Below are positions 22,297 to 31,044 of a stretch of DNA of 64,000 bases, in pieces. The notes beneath the pieces are model-generated. The model saw only the letters and a program-made list of their open reading frames with translations. It did no database searches and was not told where the DNA came from. This DNA comes from an uncultured Actinomycetes bacterium (GTDB lineage Bacteria; Actinomycetota; Thermoleophilia; Gaiellales; JAICJC01). Positions within the stretch are counted from its first letter, which is position 1; each line of letters opens with the position of its first letter. Location: positions 1,437,538 to 1,501,537 of the forward strand of contig CAVOFQ010000003.1 of the NCBI GenBank assembly GCA_963695025.1, read 5' to 3'. The position numbers and the translations under genes were made by a program.

Positions 22297-22845
22297 TTGC
22301 GTGACATTTTTGTGACACGTGGGGACGCGGTTCCCGCCAAGGATCCCGCCGTCCGTCCCGCCACCATCGCCGACGCGTATCCGATCGGGGCACTGGCCGC
22401 CCGCGCATGGCGGGCGGCATACGCGGGTCTCCTTGCCCCCGACATCCTCACCCACCTGGACGCCGAGGAGCAGGCGCACGAGTGGGCCGGCTACCTCTCC
22501 GGACTGCCCACGCCCGACCGGGTGTGGGTGATCGATCTCGCCGGCGCCGTGTGTGGGTTTGCGCGCACCGGACCCTGCCCGGATGCCGACCTGCCCGCCG
22601 GCGCGGGCGAGGTGCACGGTCTCTACCTCGACCCCGACCGGATCGGCACCGGCCTCGGCAGGCGCCTGTACGGCCACGCCGTCTGCGATCTCATCGAGCG
22701 AGGGCACGAACCGATCGCCGTCTGGCACTTCGCCGAGAACCGGCGGGCCGCCCGGTTCTACGAACGGGCAGGATTCGCCCTCGACGGCGCCAGCCGGCCG
22801 AGCGGATTCGGCATCCCCGAGGTGCGCCGGCGCCGCCCGCTTTAG
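22297..22845 (+). CDS. GNAT-family N-acetyltransferase
   Basis: GEVHGLYLDPDRIGTGLGRRL, ENRRAARFYERAGF. Confidence 0.88.
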   Translation: MRDIFVTRGDAVPAKDPAVRPATIADAYPIGALAARAWRAAYAGLLAPDILTHLDAEEQAHEWAGYLSGLPTPDRVWVIDLAGAVCGFARTGPCPDADLPAGAGEVHGLYLDPDRIGTGLGRRLYGHAVCDLIERGHEPIAVWHFAENRRAARFYERAGFALDGASRPSGFGIPEVRRRRPL

Positions 22846-23570
22846 CTGCCGGCGATCGCCACCGCAACCCCGTGCGCCGAGGTCTCGAGCCGGTCGTCGA
22901 GCGGCTCGAGATCGACCGCGCCGTGGCGCCGCCGCAGGGCCTCGCCGATCAGCAGGTCGGCCAGTGGCGGGTTCTTCGGGAGCAGCGGGCCGTGAATGTA
23001 GGTGCCGAGGATGCGGCCGGCATGCACGCCCTCGCCGCCGTCCCGGCCGTTGTTGCCGTGGCCGTGGAGCACCCTGCCGAGCGGTCGCACACCCTCGCCG
23101 AGCCGGGTGCGGCCGGCGTGGTTCTCGAATCCGACCACGGTCATCGGCTCGCCCGGCCGAAGCTCGCAGTCGACGGTGATGTTGCCGATCATGCGCGTCT
23201 CGCCGGCCTCGGTGACGAGATCGACGAGCCCGGTGCCGCGCATCTCGTCGCCGCGGTGGCCACGGTAGTAGTGGCCGAGCATCTGGTAGCCGCCGCACAC
23301 CGCGAGCAGCCAGGCGCCGGCATCGATCGCCGACCGCAGGCCTGCCGAGCGCCCGACGAGGTCATCCGCGATCAGGAGCTGGTCGCGGTCCTGGCCGCCG
23401 CCGATGTAGTACAGGTCGGCGTCGGGCAGCGCATCGCCCGGCCCGCAGCCGGTCGCCTCGAAGCCGATGCCGCGCCACTCGCAGCGCGCCCGCAGCACGG
23501 CGATGTTGCCGCGATCGGCGTAGATGTTCAGGTGCTCGGGGTAGAGGTGGCAGACGCGCAGGCCGGTCAT
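22842..23570 (-). CDS. gatD: GatD/CobQ-like glutamine amidotransferase (lipid II isoglutaminyl synthase subunit)
   Basis: LYPEHLNIYADRGN, GGGQD, VCGGYQ, GFENH, TYIHGPLLPKNP. Confidence 0.9.
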   Translation of the reverse strand: MTGLRVCHLYPEHLNIYADRGNIAVLRARCEWRGIGFEATGCGPGDALPDADLYYIGGGQDRDQLLIADDLVGRSAGLRSAIDAGAWLLAVCGGYQMLGHYYRGHRGDEMRGTGLVDLVTEAGETRMIGNITVDCELRPGEPMTVVGFENHAGRTRLGEGVRPLGRVLHGHGNNGRDGGEGVHAGRILGTYIHGPLLPKNPPLADLLIGEALRRRHGAVDLEPLDDRLETSAHGVAVAIAGS

Positions 23571-24928
23571 GCCGCCTCCCAGTACGGACGCACGACGCCG
23601 CGCCGGGTCAGCACCGCACGCAGCTCGAGCATCGCCGTATAGGTGCCGAGCAGGTAGACCGGCCCCTCGCCGCCGGCAAGCGCCCGGTCGAGCGCTTCGG
23701 CGATGCCGGCCGCGACGATCAACCGCTCCGGCTCGACCCCGCCGTACTTGAGCCGCATCGCCATCTCGGCCGCCCGCGTGCCGGCGGTGACGACCTCCTG
23801 CACGTTGCCGGCGAGGAGCTCGAAGTCGACGTCCCAGATCCACGAGACGTCGCGGCCGTCGGCGATGCGGTCGTTGAGGGCCAGGAGCAGCTGTTTGGGG
23901 CGCGCATCGGCCGCGAGCGTCCGGATCAGCTCGTTGGCGCCCGCCGGGTTCTTGGCCAGCAGCAGGACGGCGTCGCGATCGCCCACGCGCAGCCGCTCGA
24001 ACCGGCCGAAGGCGGCGTCGAACCGCTCGAGCCCAGCCGCGATGCGATCGATGTCGACGCCGCCCACCGCACACGCGGCGGCCGCCGCGGTGAGCGCGTT
24101 GTAGACGTTGTAGAGCCCGGGCATCGGCAGCCGCACCGACGCGGCGCCGATCGGCGTCTGCAGCTCGAAACGGGTGCCGTCGAGGCCCTGGGGCACAAGC
24201 GCGGTGGCGGTCACGTCGAGCGGCGGCCGCCGCCGGCCGCAGTTGGGGCAGCTCCACGCGCCCAGATGGCCGAGATAGACATGCGCGTACGCCAGCCGTG
24301 TGCCGCAGGCTGGGACACCATTTGGAATCGCTGGCGTGCGGCATGGCAGGGAGCGCGGCGGCGGGATCGTCGATCCCGAACGTGAGGGTCGGGCCGGCGG
24401 TGCTCGAGCGAGGCGAGCAGAGGGTCGTCGCCGTTTCGGACGAGCTGCGCGTCGCCCGGCAGCTCGGCCGTCATCTGCTGCCAGCGGGAGGCGATCGCCT
24501 CGAGCTCGCCGTAGCGGTCGAGCTGGTCGCGGAAGAGGTTGCCCAGCACGGTCACCCGCGGCCGCAGGGCGTGCGCGACGCCGGGCAGGGCCGCCTCGTC
24601 GACCTCGAACACGCCGAGATCCGCGCCCGGGACAGGCCAGGAGGGCCGACGCGACCCCCGACGAGAGGTTCGCCCCGGCGGTGTTGCGGCACAGATGCCG
24701 CTCGGGAGACAGCATCGAGGCCAGCATCTTGGCGGTCGTCGTCTTGCCGTTTGTGGCCGAGATCACGACCGAGCCCTCGGCGAGCCGCCGAGCCATGCGC
24801 TCGATGGCGTCCGGTGCCATCCGCAGCAGCAGTTTGCCCGGCAGCGTGGTGCCGCCGCCGGCGCGGGTCCGCCGCGAAAGTCCGGCCGCCGCGCGGGCGG
24901 CGGCGACCTTGGCAGGAAAGGCGGTCAC
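23567..24928 (-). CDS. murT: MurT ligase (Mur ligase plus DUF1727), indels around 24340-24640
   Basis: TNGKTTT, FEVDEA, NLFRDQLDRYGE, LAKNPAG, DGRDVSWIWDVDFE, TYTAML. Confidence 0.92.
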   Translation of the reverse strand: MTAFPAKVAAARAAAGLSRRTRAGGGTTLPGKLLLRMAPDAIERMARRLAEGSVVISATNGKTTTAKMLASMLSPERHLCRNTAGANLSSGVASALLACPGRGSRRVRGRRGGPARRRARPAAAGDRAGQPLPRPARPLRRARGDRLPLAADDGRAAGRRAARPKRRRPSARLARAPPARPSRSGSTIPPPRSLPCRTPAIPNGVPACGTRLAYAHVYLGHLGAWSCPNCGRRRPPLDVTATALVPQGLDGTRFELQTPIGAASVRLPMPGLYNVYNALTAAAAACAVGGVDIDRIAAGLERFDAAFGRFERLRVGDRDAVLLLAKNPAGANELIRTLAADARPKQLLLALNDRIADGRDVSWIWDVDFELLAGNVQEVVTAGTRAAEMAMRLKYGGVEPERLIVAAGIAEALDRALAGGEGPVYLLGTYTAMLELRAVLTRRGVVRPYWEAA

Positions 24929-24953
24929 CGGCCGAACTCTAGCCAGCGGGCCG

Positions 24954-25012
24954 TTGACTCCCGCTTCAAGTCACCGTACTTCACTTGCACTTTCGCCAGG
25001 GTTTGCTATAAC
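24954..25012 (+). promoter_or_regulatory. Divergent promoter region with extended -10
   Basis: TTGCAC (24985-24990) and TGcTATAAC (25004-25012); upstream inverted repeat TGACT-N9-AGTCA. Confidence 0.45.
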
Positions 25013-25050
25013 TTGCCGGGGGCGAAACCGAGCGTTGGGGAGTCCATAGC

Positions 25051-25734
25051 ATGAGACGCAAGACGGTGTACCGGGCGATCGAGGGCATCGATCGGGGCCA
25101 GCTTGAGCAGTTCCAGGCCGGCATGCGGAAGCGCTACTCGGACGACCATATCCTGGAGGAGTTGCGCGCATGCGCCCATCGCCTCGGGCGGTCGCCGACG
25201 ATGCGCGAGTTCGAGGCCGATGCGGGTACCACGGTCCATCCGCAAACTGTGATCGAGCACTTCAAGTCGTGGAACCGAGCCAAGCGGCTCGCCGGTCTGG
25301 TACCGCGCAGGTTCGCGACCCAGGACGAGTTGCTGCGGCTGCTGCGCGACCTCGGCGACGAGCTCGGGCGCGTGCCGACGGCCAAGGACATCGAGGCCCG
25401 CAAGGGTGCGATGCCCTCGAAGTCGCTCTACTGGCACACCTTCGGGTCGCTCAACAACGCCCTCAAGCAGGCCGGCTTCGACGTGCCGGTGGGGGAGGAG
25501 CGGCTGGAGCGGGCGGTCGAGCAGGGCGCGGCCCTGTCGTTGCGCAGCGGGCGCCTGCCCAAGTTCGCCGACTGGGCGCAGGCCCGGCGCACGGATCCGA
25601 CGATGCTCACCGAGTGGCAGGTGTACCGCATGTTCGATGCCCGCCGGGGGGCGTGGTCGACCTTCCAGTACCTGATCCGCAAGCGGCTCGAGCAGCGCGG
25701 AGTGTCGATCTCGCCCGAGGGCCGCGTCAGCTGA
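25051..25734 (+). CDS. Homing-endonuclease-associated repeat protein without a nuclease domain
   Basis: Repeats LGRSPT...FKSWNRAKRLAGL and LGRVPT...FGSLNNALKQAGF, plus a degenerate third copy. Confidence 0.8.
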   Translation: MRRKTVYRAIEGIDRGQLEQFQAGMRKRYSDDHILEELRACAHRLGRSPTMREFEADAGTTVHPQTVIEHFKSWNRAKRLAGLVPRRFATQDELLRLLRDLGDELGRVPTAKDIEARKGAMPSKSLYWHTFGSLNNALKQAGFDVPVGEERLERAVEQGAALSLRSGRLPKFADWAQARRTDPTMLTEWQVYRMFDARRGAWSTFQYLIRKRLEQRGVSISPEGRVS

Positions 25735-26152
25735 CCGGACCGCAGACGGGGCACGACGAGCGCTCGAGCAGATCGAGCGCCGCCACCTCGGAAAGCGCGG
25801 TTGCCAGCAGCTCGGCCCAGACGCCGGAGCACAGGTCGACGTCGAGGAGGCGCTCCCAGTGGAGCGTGTTCAGCCCCACCGACACGCGCACCTGCGCCAC
25901 CGCGGGCGCGCCCGGCTCGGCGTCGGAGGCCGACGTGAACTCGAGTGGCGCGTACAGGGTGACGGCGGCGCAATGGTCGCCGGAGCGGAGGCGGGCGATG
26001 TAGAACGGCGGCTCGGAGCCGCCGAGGTCGACGTAGCGGTACCCGCGCATGGCGGGCTCGAGCGGGACGATGGCGTGCGAGCAGCCGGAACGGATGCGCT
26101 CGGCATCGACGGGACTGAGCCCGTCGGGGGTGGGTGCGGAGGCGTGATGCAT
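25727..26152 (-). CDS. Hypothetical protein with C-terminal CPVC
   Basis: Open frame with plausible codon bias; stop overlaps the end of the neighbouring gene. Confidence 0.45.
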   Translation of the reverse strand: MHHASAPTPDGLSPVDAERIRSGCSHAIVPLEPAMRGYRYVDLGGSEPPFYIARLRSGDHCAAVTLYAPLEFTSASDAEPGAPAVAQVRVSVGLNTLHWERLLDVDLCSGVWAELLATALSEVAALDLLERSSCPVCGPVS

Positions 26153-26250
26153 ACCTTGGTAGTCGGCGCGCGGACACGGCTCGCCATCCCCCGACGGCGC
26201 TAACGCACAACAGTTGGGATGCAAACCAGCCCCATCGCTTCCACCGCCCC

Positions 26251-26278
26251 TCAAGAGATGGGTCGCGGGCGCCGATTC
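26251..26278 (+). promoter_or_regulatory. Sigma28 (WhiG/FliA)-type promoter
   Basis: TCAAG-N15-GCCGATTC upstream of the sigma factor gene. Confidence 0.65.
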
Positions 26279-26340
26279 ACTGGTGGAGAGTAGTTGTACG
26301 TGCCCGTCGCCGGATCCCAAGAGAAAGCCCGCCCCCAACC

Positions 26341-27285
26341 ATGTCCGCCATGCCAGACGACGATCCCATCGCGGTGCCCGGCCCGGTTCCGGCGCAGTCG
26401 GAGTTCGACTCGCCCGAGGTGGTCGAGGAGCTCGATCTGAGCGACGGTCCGGCCCCGGCGGTCGACCTGCTGCACACCTACGTGCGCCAGATCGGCGACG
26501 GCGCCCTGCTGACGAGGGCCGAGGAGCTCGAGCTGGCCCGGCGCAAGGACCGCGGCGACAACGATGCCAAGCACCGCCTGGTCGAGGCCAACCTGCGCCT
26601 CGTGATCAGCATGGCGCGGGCATACTCGTCGGCCGGCGTGCCGCTGCTCGACCTGATCCAGGAAGGCAACATCGGGCTCATGCGCGCCGTCGAGAAGTTC
26701 GACCACACCCGCGGCTACAAGCTCTCGACCTACGCGACCTGGTGGATCCGCCAGTCGATGTCACGGGCGATCGCCGACCAGGCCCGCACCATCCGGCTCC
26801 CGCTGCACGTGCTCGACGTGATCAAGAAGCTGCACCGGGCCAGGCGGTCGCTCACCCAGAAGCTCGGCCGCGACCCGCTCATCGAGGAGCTCGCAGCCGA
26901 GCTGAAGCTGCCCGCCGAGCGCGTGCTCGAGCTGCAGCGGATCATCGAGGAGCCCGTCTCGCTCGAGGGCCCCGTCGGCGACGGCGAGTCGAACTTTTCG
27001 GAGCTGGTGGAGGACACCACGATCCGCGGGCCCGAGACATGGCTCGTGCGCCGCGAGCGCGAGCAGGAGCTGCAGACCGCGCTCGAGGAGCTGTCGGAGC
27101 GCACCCGGCAGGTGCTCGAGGCCCGCTTCGGCCTCGGCGACCGCGACCCGGCGACGCTCGAGCAGGTCGGCGCCGAGATCGGCGTCACCCGCGAGCGCGT
27201 CCGCCAGATCGAGACGCGCGCGTTGCGCGAGCTCGAGTCGAAGAACCCCGGCCTGCGCAACTTCCTCCGCGGCCAGGAGAGCTAG
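26341..27285 (+). CDS. RpoD/RpoS-family sigma-70 factor lacking region 1.1 (group 2)
   Basis: [50 protein letters not shown]. Confidence 0.93.
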   Translation: MSAMPDDDPIAVPGPVPAQSEFDSPEVVEELDLSDGPAPAVDLLHTYVRQIGDGALLTRAEELELARRKDRGDNDAKHRLVEANLRLVISMARAYSSAGVPLLDLIQEGNIGLMRAVEKFDHTRGYKLSTYATWWIRQSMSRAIADQARTIRLPLHVLDVIKKLHRARRSLTQKLGRDPLIEELAAELKLPAERVLELQRIIEEPVSLEGPVGDGESNFSELVEDTTIRGPETWLVRREREQELQTALEELSERTRQVLEARFGLGDRDPATLEQVGAEIGVTRERVRQIETRALRELESKNPGLRNFLRGQES

Positions 27286-27333
27286 CCGCGGCGCCCGCGC
27301 GGGCGCTCATCCGAGACTGGCAGACTTCGGCCC

Positions 27334-28335
27334 GTGAGTTCGCTCCAGTCGTTCTGGCACGCCACAACGGATTTCTGGTCCCAGATCACCGATGTGCGCT
27401 TCTCGGCACTCCTGATCGCGGTCGGATTCACGCTGGCGAACCTGACCCTGCGGGCGAGCGCCTGGCGGATCATCCTGCAGGCCGGCTATCCGGAGGGGCG
27501 CGTCCGCTGGCGCAGCATCCTCGGCGCCTATCTCGCCGGGGTCGGGGTCAACAGCATCGTGCCGGCACGCGGCGGCGACGTGATGAAGGTCTACCTGGCG
27601 CACCGGTCGATGCCCAAGGCGGCCTACACGACGATCACCTCGAGCCTGCTGGCCGAGACGCTGGTCGACGTCGTGATCGGCCCGGCGCTCCTGATCGCGG
27701 CCTACCTGACCGGCCGGATCCCGCACCTGCCGGCGCTCGGCCATCTCGCCGCGTTCGAGTGGAGCTTCTTCGCGTCCCACGCCCGCTGGTTCATGCTCGG
27801 GGTGGCGGTGATCCTGATCCTGCTCGGCGTGTTCTTCACCTACGTGGAGCGGCACGTGGTCGCGTTCTGGGAGCGGGTGCGGCTGGGGCTCGCGATCCTG
27901 ACCACTCCGCGCCGCTATTTCCGCACCGTGGTGCCGCTGCAGCTCCTCGGCTGGTGCTGCCGGATCGCGGCCATGTACTGGTTCCTGGCGGCCTTCCACG
28001 TGCCGGCGGGGGTGGTGACCGCCGCGCTGGCGCTCGCGGCCCAGAGCGCCTCGACGCTCCTGCCGCTGACGCCCGGCGGCGTCGGCACCCAGCAGGCGCT
28101 CCTGGGCTACATGTTCCGGAACGCGGCCCCAACCAGCCGCGTGCTCGCCTTCAGCGTCGGCATGCAGTTCGTGACCACGCTTGCAAACGCCGTCGTCGGC
28201 GGCCTCGCGATCTGGCTCACGCTGCGCCGGCTGCCGTGGAAGGCGCGGCCCGGCAGGGCCCGCCTCGGGCGTTGCCCCCTCGGGATAATCCCGGTCCCTC
28301 GTCCACGCACGATAATGCTGGTTATGTCAAGTTGA
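27334..28335 (+). CDS. Lysylphosphatidylglycerol synthase TM / flippase-like membrane protein
   Basis: NSIVPARGGDVMK, LPLTPGGVG; the true stop may be TAA at 28286-28288 after an indel. Confidence 0.85.
   Translation: MSSLQSFWHATTDFWSQITDVRFSALLIAVGFTLANLTLRASAWRIILQAGYPEGRVRWRSILGAYLAGVGVNSIVPARGGDVMKVYLAHRSMPKAAYTTITSSLLAETLVDVVIGPALLIAAYLTGRIPHLPALGHLAAFEWSFFASHARWFMLGVAVILILLGVFFTYVERHVVAFWERVRLGLAILTTPRRYFRTVVPLQLLGWCCRIAAMYWFLAAFHVPAGVVTAALALAAQSASTLLPLTPGGVGTQQALLGYMFRNAAPTSRVLAFSVGMQFVTTLANAVVGGLAIWLTLRRLPWKARPGRARLGRCPLGIIPVPRPRTIMLVMSS
28305..28332 (+). other. dif site (XerCD chromosome dimer resolution)
   Basis: ACGCACGATAA-TGCTGG-TTATGTCAAGT: 11-6-11 layout with the actinobacterial XerD arm; gene strand bias changes around it. 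Confidence 0.88.
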
Positions 28336-28378
28336 AGTAAAACCGGCCAACACCGGTGGACTGTGGGGACGCAGTGTT

Positions 28379-28410
28379 GGGGTCTGTCCCCTCTCGGGGG
28401 GACAGACCCC
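28379..28410. repeat. REP-like inverted pair / bidirectional terminator
   Basis: GGGGTCTGTCCCC-tctcgg-GGGGACAGACCCC, a perfect 13-bp stem between convergent genes. Confidence 0.65.
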
Positions 28411-28419
28411 CGCTCCGGT

Positions 28420-29147
28420 CTAGCCGGCCAGCGGGTGCGTCGGATCGACCGGGGCCAGGTAGGCCCGCCGCATCCGCGCCTGCATCTGGCGCTCGCGCGC
28501 CTCGGCCAGAAGCTCCGCACCGGTGCCGCCGTCGGCGAGCTCGGCAAATCCGGCCGGGCCGAACGACAGGTCGCGCGACATGCGCTCGCTCGCCGCCAGC
28601 GCGTCGCGCACCCGCTTGAACGCCGAGCGGGCCTCGAACGTGCCGGCGCGCGGGAAGATCAGCGCGAACTGGCCGGCGCCCAGGTGTGCGACGCGGTCGT
28701 CCTGGCGCACGGCGCTCAGCGCCAGCGCACCGATCTGGCCGACGATGTCGGCCTGGTCGATCATGCCGGGGCCCATCTCGAGCCCGTTCAGCTCGAAGAC
28801 GGCCACGGCCAACGGCTGGCTGCGCCAGCGCGCGACGGACGGCCACCCGCTCGAGCTCGAGCGCGAACCCGTGCGCATCCAGCGTCAGGCCGGCCGAGAC
28901 GCCGGCGGCCGCCAGCGCCAGCTTGGCGCAGTCGGACAGCACCGTCACGAATGCCAGTTCGAGCCGGCCGGGAGTGCGACTGCAGTCGATCTCGATCCCC
29001 GTCGCGCGTCGGCCGCAGCGTGCACGGCACGGCCGCGCGCGCCACCGCGTCTGCGAGGATGCGCTCGATCTCGTGCGCATCGGCGTCCGGGGCCGTGAGG
29101 GCGGCCGCGGCCTCGGACAGGATCTCGATCAGGCGAAGCTCACGCAT
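28420..29147 (-). CDS. Degenerate GGDEF-domain protein (indels near 28880 and 29000)
   Basis: GGDEF fold motifs (LELER, LAVAVF, RQDDRVAHLGAGQFALI, LSFGPAGFA, ELLAEA). Confidence 0.7.
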
Positions 29148-29155
29148 TTGTCAAC

Positions 29156-29183
29156 GTATCGGGCGACGACGGCGATGTCTTGA
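29156..29183 (-). promoter_or_regulatory. Sigma28-type promoter, probably leaderless
   Basis: TCAAG-N15-CCCGATAC, with the ATG 8 nt downstream. Confidence 0.65.
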
Positions 29184-29194
29184 GCGCCCGCGGC

Positions 29195-30625
29195 TCAGGC
29201 GGCCGCGCGCGGGGTCATGGACCACCGGATACTCCATGGTCTCGACCGCGCGCGAGGCCGCCGGCGTCGATCGCGAACTGCCCGCGGCGGTACCACCCCG
29301 GCGCCCGCTCGAGCACGCGCAGGAAGGCGTCGACAGGTCCGGCCTCGTACTGGCTGCCCTTGCCCAGCACGAGCTGCTCGATGGCGCGCTCGGGCGACAT
29401 GCCGCCCCGGTACGGGCGGTTCGAGGTCATGGCGTTGTAGGAGTCGGCGACCGCGATCACCCGGGCCAGCTGCGGGATCTCCTCGCCGCGCAGGTTGTCG
29501 GGATAGCCGGCGCCGTCCCAGCGCTCGTGGTGGCTGCGGACGACCTCGGCCATGTCGGCATAGCCGGGAACCTCGAGCAGGATCGCCTCGCCGATCGCCG
29601 AATGGCGGCGCATCTCCTCCCACTCGCCCTCGTCCAGGGCAGCCTGCTTCTCGAGCACCTCCGCGCGCACGCCGATCTTGCCGATGTCGTGCACGAGCCC
29701 GCACAGATGGATCCGGGCCGACTCCTCCCGGCTCATGCCGAGCTCGCGGGCGATGTCGCGTGAATACTCGGCGACCGCCTTGGAATGGCCTGCCGTGTAG
29801 GCGTCGCGCCCGTCGATGGCCTTCACGAGCGCCTCGGCAAAGCTCATGTTGATTCGCCGCAGCTGACCGTTGGCGGCCTCGAGATCGGCATTGGCCCGCT
29901 CGAGCGCGCCGATCAGGTGCTCCTTCGGGGCGTGCATGCCGAACGCATACCTGGTCGCCGCCACCGGGATCGCGAAGAAGACCAGCACCCAGACCCCCGA
30001 GCCGCGATAGGCATAGGCGAACAGGGCGCCGATTGGCGCGCACAGGGAGACGGTGATGAGCGCATGGACGCGCACCTGCCGCCACAGCTCGACGATCGAA
30101 CTGCGGTGGCGCAGCCACAGCGTCACCGCCGGTGACGCCGAACTCCACCGCCGAGGCCACGATCGCAGCGACACAGGCGATGGCGAACAGGTGCCCCAGG
30201 CCGGCGTCGGACACCGGCGCCTGCGCCTGCACGGCCATCGCGGCCAGGCCCGCGCACGCGCCCGCGGCGGCGCGCCCGCACGTGAAGATGACGAACCTCT
30301 CCACCGGTCCGCGACGGTCTGACAGCATCGCCCCGAGCCCCACGATCGCCGCCGCGGCCGGGCCGAAGAGGACGGCGGCCATCACCAGCGGGATGAGCGA
30401 GCCGGACAGTTCGACCCGGGTCGAGATCCTGACCGTGCGCGACTCCGCGACGTACGCGACGACCCCCAGGATCAGGACTGACTCCCACCGCCCCATCGCC
30501 ATGCGCAAGGGCGCAGTAAAGGACAAGCCCCAGCGACGCGGCCGCAAGAACGGCTGCGTACGCCCGGACTGCCCTTCGGGGATCTGGGGTGGAAATATGT
30601 ATCGCTCATACAGGTGATTTGACAT
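29195..30625 (-). CDS. Membrane-bound HD-GYP c-di-GMP phosphodiesterase (MASE9-like N-terminus; indels near 30560, 30492, 30130)
   Basis: Multi-TM N-terminus; DAYTAGHS, LVHDIGK, HHERWDGAGYP, VADSYNAMTSNRPYR. Confidence 0.9.
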   Translation of the reverse strand: MSNHLYERYIFPPQIPEGQSGRTQPFLRPRRWGLSFTAPLRMAMGRWESVLILGVVAYVAESRTVRISTRVELSGSLIPLVMAAVLFGPAAAAIVGLGAMLSDRRGPVERFVIFTCGRAAAGACAGLAAMAVQAQAPVSDAGLGHLFAIACVAAIVASAVEFGVTGGDAVAAPPQFDRRAVAAGARPCAHHRLPVRANRRPVRLCLSRLGGLGAGLLRDPGGGDQVCVRHARPEGAPDRRARAGQCRSRGRQRSAAANQHELCRGAREGHRRARRLHGRPFQGGRRVFTRHRPRARHEPGGVGPDPSVRARARHRQDRRARGGAREAGCPGRGRVGGDAPPFGDRRGDPARGSRLCRHGRGRPQPPRALGRRRLSRQPARRGDPAAGPGDRGRRLLQRHDLEPPVPGRHVARARHRAARAGQGQPVRGRTCRRLPARARAGAGVVPPRAVRDRRRRPRARSRPWSIRWSMTPRAAA

Positions 30626-30647
30626 CCCTTGACTGAGCGGCTATGCT
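30619..30647 (+). promoter_or_regulatory. Near-consensus sigmaA promoter
   Basis: TTGACA-N17-TATGCT. Confidence 0.65.
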
Positions 30648-30690
30648 CTCCCTCGTTCGGGGTACTGAGATTCGCAAGGGGGAACAGGCA

Positions 30691-30711
30691 ATGCCTATCA
30701 AGGGTTGGTAA
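30691..30711 (+). CDS. Candidate micro-ORF MPIKGW
   Basis: SD-like AAGGGGG (30676-30682), 8-nt spacer, ATG CCT ATC AAG GGT TGG TAA. Confidence 0.25.
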   Translation: MPIKGW

Positions 30712-30733
30712 TACCACACCGGTGCTGATCGGC

Positions 30734-30761
30734 TTATCGACAGTTCGGAGGCCTTTGGTTA
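30734..30761 (-). promoter_or_regulatory. Sigma28-type promoter for the HD-GYP gene
   Basis: TAACC-N15-GTCGATAA. Confidence 0.55.
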
Positions 30762-30823
30762 GCCCGAGTTTGGGGTTGGTCAAGCCACAAACACCGATAG
30801 TCAACAAGCCGACAAGTTCTCGC

Positions 30824-30868
30824 CGCGCCCTTGCAAGACGGTCGTTCGCCACCGTCGTGCAGGGGCGC
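30824..30868 (+). terminator. Long hairpin (possible terminator or processing site)
   Basis: GCGCCCTTGCA/TGCAGGGGCGC outer stem and GACGG/CCGTC inner stem; no U-tract. Confidence 0.4.
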
Positions 30869-30923
30869 TGCGCGTTGAACCCGCAGTCAGCCCACTTGCG
30901 CCCGCCCAATTCCGCCCCCATGC

Positions 30924-30951
30924 TCAAGGCGAGGCCCTCCCACGCCGATAC
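30924..30951 (+). promoter_or_regulatory. Sigma28-type promoter for the coiled-coil gene
   Basis: TCAAG-N15-GCCGATAC. Confidence 0.65.
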
Positions 30952-31044
30952 AAACCGCGGAGAGCACGGCGCCCCGCCGGCTCGCCGCCTGGAGGCGCTG
31001 GTCAAGCCTTCGCACCGATCACCCCACGGGAGAGGTATGAGCAT

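Noticed and set aside
1088-24590. KOPS (GGGNAGGG) polarity toward dif
   Set aside because: Both orientations occur left of dif, and the counts are too small to interpret
30650-30960. c-di-GMP-I or -II riboswitch in the HD-GYP intergenic region
   Set aside because: The conserved core motifs were not found on either strand by eye
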